Below, in pieces: positions 49,487-58,828 of a DNA stretch of 64,000 bases; within the stretch, counting starts at the first letter, position 1, and every line of letters begins with the position of its first letter. The DNA lies in the IMG/VR virus record IMGVR_UViG_3300032323_003201, positions 1-64,000 of that record; one strand, 5' to 3'. The translations under genes were made by a program, and so were the position numbers. The DNA comes from a virus. The notes under the pieces are model-generated. The model had not been told where the DNA came from and did no database searches. It saw nothing but the letters and a program-made list of their open reading frames with translations.

Positions 49487-49778
49487 TGCTCTTACTCTTC
49501 TTATCTCTAGCACAAGCAAGTATACCATAGCCAGCCAAATCTTGATAAGGTGACTCACCCATTGGGTCATTGTCCCTAGCAATCCTAGATATTTTGTCTA
49601 GCATTCGCACAATTACATGAATATCTTTATACTGAGCGATTGAGATACCATCAGGATAAAGAAGCTCCAAAATCTTTGTTGTCTTTGCAAAGGCATCACC
49701 ATAGGCACTGTTCTTTTGCTCCAATAGCTGACCCAATTGGGTTGCGATTTGTACGAAGTCAGACTCAGCCATTTTCAT
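49479..49778 (-). CDS. Nucleotide modification associated domain 1 (DUF1599-like) protein
   Basis: KNSAYGDAF...RMLDKISRI...ESPYQDLAGYGIL signature. Confidence 0.75.
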   Translation of the reverse strand: MKMAESDFVQIATQLGQLLEQKNSAYGDAFAKTTKILELLYPDGISIAQYKDIHVIVRMLDKISRIARDNDPMGESPYQDLAGYGILACARDKKSKSNA

Positions 49779-49938
49779 TTTCCTTAAATACCTTACCACG
49801 AATTGTGACGAATTTTGAGCCATGCTCAATAAATACCTCGTCTGTGGATACATTGAATTTGGGTGGCACTTTCTTATGAGATACACCCTTGTCATCAATA
49901 AATGTGAGCTTGCCACTTTTTGTAATCAGTAGTTTCAT
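49765..49938 (-). CDS. Small hypothetical protein (57 aa, below the ORF-track cutoff)
   Basis: MKLLITKSGKLTFIDDKG... fills the gap between coupled genes and has an AGGA RBS. Confidence 0.4.
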   Translation of the reverse strand: MKLLITKSGKLTFIDDKGVSHKKVPPKFNVSTDEVFIEHGSKFVTIRGKVFKENENG

Positions 49939-49941
49939 GTT

Positions 49942-50418
49942 TTATCCTATGAAATGAAAAATCGCTATGTTTGTCCAAAGCAGAAGGTAGAAAGGAATGC
50001 TCTCAAAGTCAAGTAGATCTACATAATCAAAACCATAGCTTGAGAAACGATTGCTGTCTAGGTTGTATCTTAGAGAGTTGTCCCCAGTGAGCCTTTGGAC
50101 ACAAATCCAATCATAGAGCCACTTGTATTCACAAATCTTTGCTTTGATGGAGCATTCAAGGCCAAGTAGTGAAACAAATAAAAAGGTAAAAATTAGAAAG
50201 TGCTGCTTATCACTTGGTAAGAATAGGCTTAGGATAACCAAGGTTGTGGCAATCATCTTCATATACAATCTTTTACTTTGCTCTCGTTCGATTAGATTGA
50301 AGGCAAAATCTAGCTCTTTGTGGAATGCCTCTTGATCCATATATGCATCAGAGAGCTGATCATCTTGCTCTAAAATTTCTTGAAGCTCATCAATTGTGCT
50401 TTTTTCTTCACTCATCAT
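49942..50418 (-). CDS. Multi-TM membrane protein
   Basis: Three hydrophobic segments, with HKELD...LYDW...RL...YNLD..RF pattern. Confidence 0.6.
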   Translation of the reverse strand: MMSEEKSTIDELQEILEQDDQLSDAYMDQEAFHKELDFAFNLIEREQSKRLYMKMIATTLVILSLFLPSDKQHFLIFTFLFVSLLGLECSIKAKICEYKWLYDWICVQRLTGDNSLRYNLDSNRFSSYGFDYVDLLDFESIPFYLLLWTNIAIFHFIG

Positions 50419-50476
50419 AAATCCTTTGTGTGTGGGTGGCACATATAAACACACACTCACAAGCAATTTTTAAAAA

Positions 50477-51067
50477 TTATTTTTTATGCGTAATACAGCC
50501 TTGTTCATCTGGCTGTGCAGAGTAATCTCTTTTTTTTACCTGTTCAAGCTTGGTGGCCACTGCTGTTCTTACATCAATATCGCAAAGTGCTGCAAGGTGC
50601 ATAAGCAAAATGTATAGGTCAGCAAATTCTTTTTCTTGTGCCTCTGTCCCCACATCTGTTTCTTCAAATTCCTTGATTTCATTTTTGAGATGGTTGATAA
50701 CACCAGAGATGGAAGCTCTACCATCAAATTGAGTTTGCCACTGCCACACTTCCTTGGTGATTGAGTCAAGGCTTGGGATAAGAGGCAAGTAAAACCCTAC
50801 ATTTTCACTATCAAGAGCTTTGAGCATAGGTAAATCCTCATCTGTTGCACCCATCTGTTCCCAATTGTACATGGGGGTGATTGTGCCACTTGGATTTAAC
50901 TTGATACCTTCCAAAGCATTGTCATATTTTGCCTTGAGAAGAAGAGGCTCTTGATTGCATGCAGTGAAATGCTCAACAATTTGCAATTTCCTAGCCAAGT
51001 TATTTGCGACTAGGTAGTCAATTAAATATTTTTTTACAGTATGGGGTACAGCCACTTCAATTTTCAT
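50477..51067 (-). CDS. Protein with C-terminal MazG-fold dATP/dGTP pyrophosphohydrolase (DUF550-like) domain
   Basis: WQ..QF...SGVINHLKNEIKE...EFADLYILL...KL...KKRDY..PD..G...H signature. Confidence 0.75.
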   Translation of the reverse strand: MKIEVAVPHTVKKYLIDYLVANNLARKLQIVEHFTACNQEPLLLKAKYDNALEGIKLNPSGTITPMYNWEQMGATDEDLPMLKALDSENVGFYLPLIPSLDSITKEVWQWQTQFDGRASISGVINHLKNEIKEFEETDVGTEAQEKEFADLYILLMHLAALCDIDVRTAVATKLEQVKKRDYSAQPDEQGCITHKK

Positions 51068-51171
51068 TTTTTTGATCCTTCTTGGATATGTATATGTCTA
51101 TATAGGTATGACATAACAATAAGCATAAGCATAAGGATATATATATAAAAATAGTAAAAATTTCAGCTTAT

Positions 51172-51759
51172 TTATTTATGTGTGATAAAACCTTTAGCAC
51201 CTATTGTATGACCCAATTCATTTCTTACAGGGTCAACTTGGAGCAAATCACCACGCTCAGGGATTGCCATAAAAACCATTGCAGACACAATGTAATACAC
51301 ACCTTCTTCATATGGTGGAAGGTCAACAACCACATCAAAAGGCTCTTTATAGGTCACTTTGGTTTTAATGATTGGTAAATAAAGGCCACTGACATCCACA
51401 GGAGCTACAACGAAGCAATGAGTTTTTACATCATCTTGCACTGCCTTACCACCCTTGTTTGTCATTCTTGCCACAAGACCAGATGGCTTGATTGTGCATA
51501 GAATTTCTTGTGTAATTTCATCCATCATATCGATAGGGTGGGGGGTTGCATTGTAGATACATCTTGTATCCTGCTGTACTTCAAGAAGCTTTAATTGGTC
51601 TGCTGTGGCAAGCTTTCTAACTTCAATCCCATCTTCAACCTCTCTATGATTTTCAGAGAAGGTTAAAAAGGTCATGCGATTAATCAAGTCTTGATTTTCT
51701 TTGATTTTGGTATCAATCAAGGCTCTGATGGTTTTTAAATAAGATCTAAAATCACTCAT
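51172..51759 (-). CDS. Conserved phage hypothetical protein
   Basis: NATPHPI...PSGLVAR...LP...EGVYYIVS...R.DLL...VRNELGHTIG motif, which I recognise as recurrent in phages. Confidence 0.65.
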   Translation of the reverse strand: MSDFRSYLKTIRALIDTKIKENQDLINRMTFLTFSENHREVEDGIEVRKLATADQLKLLEVQQDTRCIYNATPHPIDMMDEITQEILCTIKPSGLVARMTNKGGKAVQDDVKTHCFVVAPVDVSGLYLPIIKTKVTYKEPFDVVVDLPPYEEGVYYIVSAMVFMAIPERGDLLQVDPVRNELGHTIGAKGFITHK

Positions 51760-51877
51760 TTGTGTATCCATGTGGGTGGGGGTTTGCTTTGAAACCAAAG
51801 ATAACAAAAATATTTTAGATTGTATAGATAATTGTTTATATTTTATTTTTTATGAAAGATTTACTTATTCCGATTTA

Positions 51878-52825
51878 CTACCAACCCCACTCACCTGTCA
51901 TACCACTTGCACTATAATCTGTGACTACACCCTCAAAAAAGTTTTTGAAAGACACCCCATTGACAATCCAATCAAGCCAAGGTAGTGGGTTTTTTTCAAT
52001 ATGATAAATAGGTGTGCAATTTAATTGGTGCAATCGTCTATCTGCTAGATACCTAATAAATGTTTTAACAGCGACCTTGGTTAAGCTCTCCATCACTTGG
52101 ATATCCCCAAAGATTAAATCAATGACTTGATCTTCTAGCTGCACTGCTGACTCAAACAGTCTCTTGATATCACTCTCACTTACCTTGACTTGGGTTTCTT
52201 CTACATAGGTATGGTAAAGCTTAGTCATTGCCTCAACATGTAAGCTCTCGTCTTTAATTGACCATTCCACAACCTCACACATACCTTTCATTTTCCCATG
52301 CTGTTGGAAGTGTAAGAGCATGACAAATGCACTGAACAAGCTCATCCCTTCATTGCACACTGCTTGTGCCAGTGCATAGGCTGTTTGTGTGCTATCACTT
52401 GGGTTGATTGCTTGCATGTTGTGAATTTTATCTAGCATTGGCTTGTGACTAAGAAAATAAGCATACTCACTTTCATCAAGGCCAAGTGTGTCATTGAGTA
52501 GTGCATAAGCTCTCTGGTGTGTGCCTTCACGATTAGCAAAGGATAACAACATGTTGCGAATTTCATTGTTCCTAAAAATAGGCAAGAATTGGTCAACATA
52601 GTTATCTGCTACAGCCACATCTGACTGAGTAAAAATTCTTAGGATTTGTGTGATAAAAAGCTTTTCAGTATCACTAAGACCCTTGCTTTTCCACTGCTTT
52701 ACATCCTCCTGCAATTTTGCCTCCCATGTCCCCCAATGTGCCTTTTCATGACTCTCTGCATATTGCATTGCCCAAGGATAGTGGAAGGGTTTATATGTTT
52801 TGCTCTCTTTTAATAAATTACTCAT
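51878..52825 (-). CDS. nrdB: Ribonucleotide reductase class Ia beta subunit
   Basis: YKPFHYPWA, FTQSDVAV, REGTHQRAY, EGMSLFSAF, WSIKDESLH and NFFE. Confidence 0.95.
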   Translation of the reverse strand: MSNLLKESKTYKPFHYPWAMQYAESHEKAHWGTWEAKLQEDVKQWKSKGLSDTEKLFITQILRIFTQSDVAVADNYVDQFLPIFRNNEIRNMLLSFANREGTHQRAYALLNDTLGLDESEYAYFLSHKPMLDKIHNMQAINPSDSTQTAYALAQAVCNEGMSLFSAFVMLLHFQQHGKMKGMCEVVEWSIKDESLHVEAMTKLYHTYVEETQVKVSESDIKRLFESAVQLEDQVIDLIFGDIQVMESLTKVAVKTFIRYLADRRLHQLNCTPIYHIEKNPLPWLDWIVNGVSFKNFFEGVVTDYSASGMTGEWGW

Positions 52826-52829
52826 TTTA

Positions 52830-54548
52830 TTATCCTTGACATGCGATACATTCATCAAGCTTTACGACTTGCTTGATAACTGGCTTACTGATTTTTTCTG
52901 CTTGTGTGCCTGCTGTTGTGCGAAGGTAGTACACAGATTTTAAGCCTTCCTTCCATGCTTGAAGGTGGCAGGCATTAACATACGATTTATCACTGCCTGA
53001 AGGGAAGAATAAATTAACAGATTGACCTTGGCAAATGTGTGCTTGTCTATCCCCAGCATGAGAAATCACCCACCTTTGATCAATTTCATATGCAGTCTTA
53101 AACACTTGCTTTTGTTGGTAGTTGAGCATTGGAAGGTGTTGTACTGACCCTTCATGAATTATGATTGATTGCCACACATCTTCATACTCTGACTCAGTCA
53201 ATCCTTTGAGCCTTAAAATCTCATCAAGATATTTATTCTTAGTTAGGAATGTGCCAGCTCGTGTGCGATGGGTGAAAGCATTGGCAACCCAAGGCTCAAT
53301 GGATGGTGAGGTATCCAAAATGATGGATGAATTTGAGTTGGGAGCTACTGCTAACAAGTGTGCATTGCGTCTACATGTGCCAACACCATCAGGATACTCA
53401 CCACGCTCAATCGCTAGGATTTCACTTTGAGCAATTGCCTTCTCTTGGATCAGCTTAAATATTTTTTTATTGAGACCTTTGGCAACCACTGACTCAAAAG
53501 CCACATTCTTTCTTTGTAGGTATGAATGAAATCCCATCGTGCCAAGACCCAAGGATCTTTCTTGCCTTGCACCATGTATGGCATTGGCAAGTTGGGGGGG
53601 TGCATGGTCAATGAAATATTGAAGCACATTGTCCAAAAATGTTATGCAATCCTCAACAATGCTTGTATCTTTCCAATCATCAAAATATTCTAGGTTTAGG
53701 CTAGATAGACAACATACAGCTGACCTATCTTTGGCAGTTGGCAAAAAAATCTCGGAACAAAGATTTGAGCTATGTATTTGTAAGCCTTTATCCTTTAAAG
53801 CCTGTGGTAAAGCTCGATTAGCTGTGTCCTTGAACATAAGATATGGCTCACCTGTTCTAAATCTCACCTCTAAAATTCGTTGCCACAATTCTCGTGCTTG
53901 GATTGTTTCCCTTGTTTCCTTTGTGTGTGGGTCAATCAAATCCCAACTCGTATTATCTATGACAGCTGTCATGAAAGCATCACTTATGCAGATTGCATTG
54001 TGCAAATTGAAAGCCTTCCTATTGGTATCACCACCTGTAGGTAATCGTAAATTGAGAAATTCAATGATATCAGGATGGTCAACATCTAAGTATGCTGCAT
54101 AGCTCGCTCTTCTAGTCTTGCCTTGTCTATATGCCTCAACATCACTATCAACAGTTTTGATAAAAGGAATTGGCCCAGGTGCTTTTTGGGATACAGCTCT
54201 CACATGTCCCCAATAGCCACCTACACCACCACCTAGCACACCAAGCCACCTATTTTCAGTAGTGTGAGAGATGAGACCATCAAGGTCATCACTTACATAG
54301 GTGAGGTAGCAAGAGATTGGCAAGCCAGCTTTAACCTTCTCTTCTTCTTTCAATCTTGCATTGGATAAAATAGGGGATGAGAACATAAACCACCCCTTTT
54401 TTACATAGCTATGGATACGACCAGCTAAATCCAAATCACCTGCACAATAAGCTAGGCTTGCTCGCTCAAAAGCCTCATCAATATTTTTTTCATATGGTAG
54501 TAAATAGTAGCTCGTCAATAGTGACAAAGCATGATCAGAAAATTGCAT
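52830..54548 (-). CDS. nrdA: Ribonucleotide reductase class Ia alpha subunit (no ATP cone)
   Basis: FSSPILSN, LPISC, SNLCSEI, AVAPN, SPSIEP, ICQGQS, LKSVYY and C-terminal CIACQG. Confidence 0.95.
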   Translation of the reverse strand: MQFSDHALSLLTSYYLLPYEKNIDEAFERASLAYCAGDLDLAGRIHSYVKKGWFMFSSPILSNARLKEEEKVKAGLPISCYLTYVSDDLDGLISHTTENRWLGVLGGGVGGYWGHVRAVSQKAPGPIPFIKTVDSDVEAYRQGKTRRASYAAYLDVDHPDIIEFLNLRLPTGGDTNRKAFNLHNAICISDAFMTAVIDNTSWDLIDPHTKETRETIQARELWQRILEVRFRTGEPYLMFKDTANRALPQALKDKGLQIHSSNLCSEIFLPTAKDRSAVCCLSSLNLEYFDDWKDTSIVEDCITFLDNVLQYFIDHAPPQLANAIHGARQERSLGLGTMGFHSYLQRKNVAFESVVAKGLNKKIFKLIQEKAIAQSEILAIERGEYPDGVGTCRRNAHLLAVAPNSNSSIILDTSPSIEPWVANAFTHRTRAGTFLTKNKYLDEILRLKGLTESEYEDVWQSIIIHEGSVQHLPMLNYQQKQVFKTAYEIDQRWVISHAGDRQAHICQGQSVNLFFPSGSDKSYVNACHLQAWKEGLKSVYYLRTTAGTQAEKISKPVIKQVVKLDECIACQG

Positions 54549-54633
54549 TTCATGTCTCCTTTGAATGGTTTTTCACTATATCCAAAACACAAGAAGCATG
54601 ATGAAATTTTGAAACTCGTATCTCAGTCGTATT

Positions 54634-55482
54634 TCATTTATGACAAGCTAGACACACCTTAACAGATCCATAAACATCATCTGTATCAAGGGAGCATGAT
54701 CCACCCTGTAGTAAATTTGTGCGTCTTTTCTTTGCTTGCTTGTCTTGATATTGTTGCTTTCTCTTCTCATAGTCAGCTTTGATTTGAGCTACCCTCTCTG
54801 GTTGTGCTAGTTGCTCAAGGCTTTCATTCTCTGACCAAGTGAAAAAATAGCCATCCTTGATACTACTCTTTTCATAATCGATAGCCTCTTGAAAGGCTTG
54901 GGGGTGTCTCTCAAGTAACCCAACCCATTCAATCTTTCTTTGGAAAAAGCAAAAGGTGCATCCACTTCTACTTCTCCATTCATAGTATTGTGGTAAACCA
55001 AGACCAGCATCACTAAGTAGGCTCATGACTCTTGGCTTATCAATGCCATTTTCCCTAAGAGGGAGCTTAATGATTAGGTTTGAGTCTTTTGATTGGTATC
55101 CCTCTCTAAACTCTTCATCTGCACGAATAGCCACATAAGAATAAACTGTATAGCCTTCTTCTAAGAATGCCTGCACCCAATCTTCAAAGGGTTTCAATTT
55201 CATCTTTATGGTGCACCATCGATCAGTGGCACTTGGTAAATAATTACCATGTTGTCTAAGCCAAAAGTCAAAATCTCTCTTAGAGTCAAGTCTATTGATC
55301 TTCTTTCTAAGATAACCCTCTAGCCTATTTAGAAAATCATAGGTTTCAGGCAATTCTTTACCTGTATCTGTGAAGAAATACTCAATATCAATATCAGGGT
55401 GATATGTTCTCATGTAGACTGCAAGGCCTGCACTATCCTTACCACCAGATATACCAAGCACATGTTTTTCTTTTTTAAGCAT
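54634..55482 (-). CDS. PAPS-reductase-family (PP-loop) protein, SspD/DndC-like
   Basis: HVLGISGGKDS, DTGKELPET, RWCT..MK, WRSRSGCTFCFFQRKIEW and C-terminal CLACHK. Confidence 0.85.
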   Translation of the reverse strand: MLKKEKHVLGISGGKDSAGLAVYMRTYHPDIDIEYFFTDTGKELPETYDFLNRLEGYLRKKINRLDSKRDFDFWLRQHGNYLPSATDRWCTIKMKLKPFEDWVQAFLEEGYTVYSYVAIRADEEFREGYQSKDSNLIIKLPLRENGIDKPRVMSLLSDAGLGLPQYYEWRSRSGCTFCFFQRKIEWVGLLERHPQAFQEAIDYEKSSIKDGYFFTWSENESLEQLAQPERVAQIKADYEKRKQQYQDKQAKKRRTNLLQGGSCSLDTDDVYGSVKVCLACHK

Positions 55483-55484
55483 GA

Positions 55485-56567
55485 CTAAGCTCTTCTTGCC
55501 ATCACGATCATTTGTGTTTTCTCATCACTGGATTTAAGAAGCAATGGTGTCATCTCGCTTAGTGAGTGATAGGCTAGGTCAGTATTTGTAAAGCCATGAA
55601 ACAGGTAGTCTAGTTGAAATCTCATGGTATAAATTGGGTCAGATGCTAGGGTGTCATATTGGTACACCTCTTGAGCCTTGACAGTACAGCTCATTCTAAA
55701 GTTATTAAACTCATCTAGGGAAATGAGAATGGTTGAGTCACCCCCACCCACCTTTCTACATTGACCAAGTGCCTTCTTCATGTCCTCTGTCACCTTATAT
55801 TCAAAGCTATGCTTTTTAGGTAGCACAGCATGAATATCAGGATAATCCTCCACAAGCAAACGAATAGACAAGCTCCGATGCACATCAGAGAAAACAAGAC
55901 TTGTGCCTTGCTTAAAGATAGCAGGGTAAGAGGTGGATGATAGGAAGCTCAAGATATGAGATACAGCAGAGCTAGGGATAAGAGCATTGAAATGAAGATC
56001 CTTATTCAATTTCTTATTTAGATTTAGGAAGGTAGCAGCATGGCCATTGGTTGAGTACATGCTTAATTTACCATCATCACAAACAAGATACACACTACAT
56101 AAGCGAATGCGACTCTCGTCCTTACTGACAAATGGAATAGCTAGAGATAGGCAATGAGATAGCTCCTTAACCTCTTCATCTGTCCAAACAACCATGCCTT
56201 CAGGTGCTAAGGGTGTCTCAATGGTTGGGTAATCTTGAGCTGGCAAGGCTTGCACGAAGATTGTGACTTTACCACATAGAGCCACATTCTTTTCTAAATC
56301 AAAATCCACAGTGCCAGAGCATACAGAAATAATTTGTTGGATTGACTCATGGTGAATAAGAATTGTGCCATCCTTATGATCAGTTGATGCAAGTGTAAGT
56401 GTTGAGCAAATTGTCATTTGTAGGTCAGTGGCAGACACCAAAAGATCATCCCCCACGATTTGGAATTTGATCATGGCAAGGTATTCAGGTTGTTTAACAA
56501 GCTTGGCAAGTGAAACAACAGCCTTGAGCTGTGTTAAGTGCTTAGTAATATCAAGTGAGAATTTCAA
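55485..56567 (-). CDS. dnaN: DNA polymerase III beta sliding clamp homolog
   Basis: 360 aa with SATDL, DYP, VSKDESR..L..V, STNGH, IRLL...YPD...VLP and C-terminal PLLL...IVMARR. TTG start. Confidence 0.85.
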   Translation of the reverse strand: MKFSLDITKHLTQLKAVVSLAKLVKQPEYLAMIKFQIVGDDLLVSATDLQMTICSTLTLASTDHKDGTILIHHESIQQIISVCSGTVDFDLEKNVALCGKVTIFVQALPAQDYPTIETPLAPEGMVVWTDEEVKELSHCLSLAIPFVSKDESRIRLCSVYLVCDDGKLSMYSTNGHAATFLNLNKKLNKDLHFNALIPSSAVSHILSFLSSTSYPAIFKQGTSLVFSDVHRSLSIRLLVEDYPDIHAVLPKKHSFEYKVTEDMKKALGQCRKVGGGDSTILISLDEFNNFRMSCTVKAQEVYQYDTLASDPIYTMRFQLDYLFHGFTNTDLAYHSLSEMTPLLLKSSDEKTQMIVMARRA

Positions 56568-56627
56568 GTGTTTTGTCCTTTCATAAAAAGTGAGACACTA
56601 TATAACAAAAAAATTCAAGCTTGTTGT

Positions 56628-57161
56628 TCAAATTTGATCTAGCACCTTAATGAAATCAGGCAAGAGGTTAGCAAGCATGGGGATTGGTTTACCTACTGCA
56701 AGCAAGTCAGCCTCTGTGAAGCTCTTCTTTTCATAATCCCTAAATTTGATCCATGGACAAATAAACCACTTATTATCTAGTCTCACAAGCACAACTGCAA
56801 TTTGTCCCCAAGATACTCGTCTATCAAGTTGTTCCCACTGGTAAGGGTCAATCGCACTCTTTTGGATTCGTAAGCCTTCTCTTGATTTGCATTCTAAATA
56901 GCCAGCTTTCCCACTAGGTAGCCAAATCTCAAAATCACAGCCAGCTTTTTCACTATATACTGCATGAAAGCAATTTTTGCCACTACCTACTCTTTTATAA
57001 GGCTCATGTCTCTTACACAGCTCTGCAATCCCATGCTGTAGGTAGAATGCACCAATCTCTAAGATTTGTTCCTCTGCTGTCTTACCTTGTCTTTGTGCAC
57101 GCAAGCCTGCTGCACTTTTCTCTGTCAATTGCCTTGGCATAAACCCTCTTCTCTTATTCAT
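56628..57161 (-). CDS. recU: RecU-like Holliday junction resolvase
   Basis: G...EE.I......Y...GIA..CK..EP, CDF, LECKS and YQ.EQL pattern. Confidence 0.7.
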   Translation of the reverse strand: MNKRRGFMPRQLTEKSAAGLRAQRQGKTAEEQILEIGAFYLQHGIAELCKRHEPYKRVGSGKNCFHAVYSEKAGCDFEIWLPSGKAGYLECKSREGLRIQKSAIDPYQWEQLDRRVSWGQIAVVLVRLDNKWFICPWIKFRDYEKKSFTEADLLAVGKPIPMLANLLPDFIKVLDQI

Positions 57162-57297
57162 AGCTTGTCCTTTCAAATCGTTGAACATGATCTAAGGATA
57201 CAATAAATTGACTATATACAGGCTGGCTATTTGAGCAGAGATTAAAAATAATGCCTTTAATCTTTTAGGGGGGGATAGGTATCTTTGGGGGGGTGCT

Positions 57298-57335
57298 TTT
57301 GACTAAAAAGGCAGTGAATTTGACTAAAAAAGGCA
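57298..57335 (+). repeat. Iteron-like direct repeat TTTGACTAAAAA(A)GGCA x2
   Basis: Directly visible in the non-coding region next to the right inverted-repeat copy. Confidence 0.75.
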
Positions 57336-57530
57336 TGGAAAGCTTAAAATTTAGGGTCAAAAAGAGGGGGGTAAATTGACCATTTTGGCAAAAATCAGAG
57401 CCTTGCTCAAAAACAGACACCCCCCCCATGCAAAAATCATGTGTGATTGAGCGAATAGCACAGTATAGATAAACCCTTGAATTACAATATATTTTACCAT
57501 GTGATGGACATTAACTTTATCATGGGGGGT

Positions 57531-57875
57531 ATGATGGGGGGGGTGGGGGTGTGTATACCTCTTCTAAAAAAATATTTTTCTAAATATGACTACACAAAAA
57601 AATAAAAAAATATTTCTCATCATCAAATAAAAATACCCCCCCCTCCCCCCATGTATACAGTGTTATTAAATAATCAATGTTTTCAACTACTTAGAGATGA
57701 TAGAAAGATATGTAAATGGGGGGTGGGGGGGGTACTCCCTCATGAAAAGTGGTAAAAGTGCCAAATTATCCCCCCTTTTTTGACCCTAAAAATGACAGTT
57801 TTTTGATGAAATTTGATACTTTTTGATAGATTTCCATCACTTTTTGAGCCTTTTTTAGCCTTATCCCCCCCTTTT
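57531..57875 (-). repeat. Right copy of long inverted repeat
   Basis: Reverse complement of 16720-17061, with a near-identical core and more diverged flanks. Confidence 0.95.
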
Positions 57876-58034
57876 TTGACTACATGGTGGCACAGGTAGG
57901 AAGGCAACAGCCACCCCCCCATGCAAGTCAAGTAAGAGAAAATTTTGTTAAAAAAACAGTGAAATTATATATAGATTATTATATACTATTGATTGAGCAT
58001 TCTATAATTAGAGTATAACAAACAGGAGCTTACT

Positions 58035-58238
58035 ATGAGAGCAGAAAAACATTCAATGATTGTTCTACTGGATTTTGCTAGAGCAGAGGTTTATAAGTCA
58101 TGTGCTAAGGAGCAAAAGAAAAACCTAAGCAATTGGGTTAGACTTGTGCTTGATAAGGCATGTAGACAAGCTGGTAAAGAGCCAGAGCAATGGCTAGAAG
58201 AAGAAACTGAGCATGCTCTTACTACCACAGAGGAATGA
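58035..58238 (+). CDS. Small putative DNA-binding protein (ribbon-helix-helix-like)
   Basis: AGGAG RBS and an A....KNLSNWVRLVLDKA pattern. Confidence 0.55.
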   Translation: MRAEKHSMIVLLDFARAEVYKSCAKEQKKNLSNWVRLVLDKACRQAGKEPEQWLEEETEHALTTTEE

Positions 58239-58812
58239 TATCCCCAAGTGGGTTAGGGAGCATAAGGCTATAAAAGAAATCCCTGCTGATGATCGTGAGG
58301 TGCTTTCACTACATGAGCAGATATGTGAGAAAGAAGCAGAAGCACTACTTAAATATCATAAAATGCTTGCAGAAAATCCATTTAGGGAAGAGGTAAGAAT
58401 AAGCCAGCACTACATGATAAACAAGCTCAAGAAAATGCAAGCAATGGTTAAGGATAGGTTAGTGATTGAGCTGACTAAATATAGAATGGTGGAGCATGAT
58501 AGCCTAGTTTTGTGTCATAGTGTGGATGAGAGCTTGGTGGATGAGCATATTAAGAGGTGCATAGCCTATCGTGTATCAGCACCAGTAGTGCATTTCATCT
58601 TGATATCCCATAAATTTGCTAAGAAAATTGCATTATTGGAAGAAGAATTAGTCAAGTACAAGCATAAATCCCTTGATGAAGAGGTAAAAGAAGTGTATGG
58701 ACAGGTGAGCATGTACAAGGATGTGCGTGAGGCACTAGAAAAATACATGGGTGGACACACAAATAAAGACATGAAATTGCTTGCAGATCGTCTGTTTCCA
58801 CAGCATACATAG
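58213..58812 (+). CDS. Hypothetical protein
   Basis: 199-aa helical ORF coupled to the upstream gene. Confidence 0.6.
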   Translation: MLLLPQRNDIPKWVREHKAIKEIPADDREVLSLHEQICEKEAEALLKYHKMLAENPFREEVRISQHYMINKLKKMQAMVKDRLVIELTKYRMVEHDSLVLCHSVDESLVDEHIKRCIAYRVSAPVVHFILISHKFAKKIALLEEELVKYKHKSLDEEVKEVYGQVSMYKDVREALEKYMGGHTNKDMKLLADRLFPQHT

Positions 58813-58828
58813 AGCAAAGAACATGTTA

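Noticed and set aside
50477-51067. Definite 2-aminoadenine (Z) genome
   Set aside because: No PurZ or DatZ in the window, and adenine methyltransferases are present. A DUF550-like domain alone is not sufficient.
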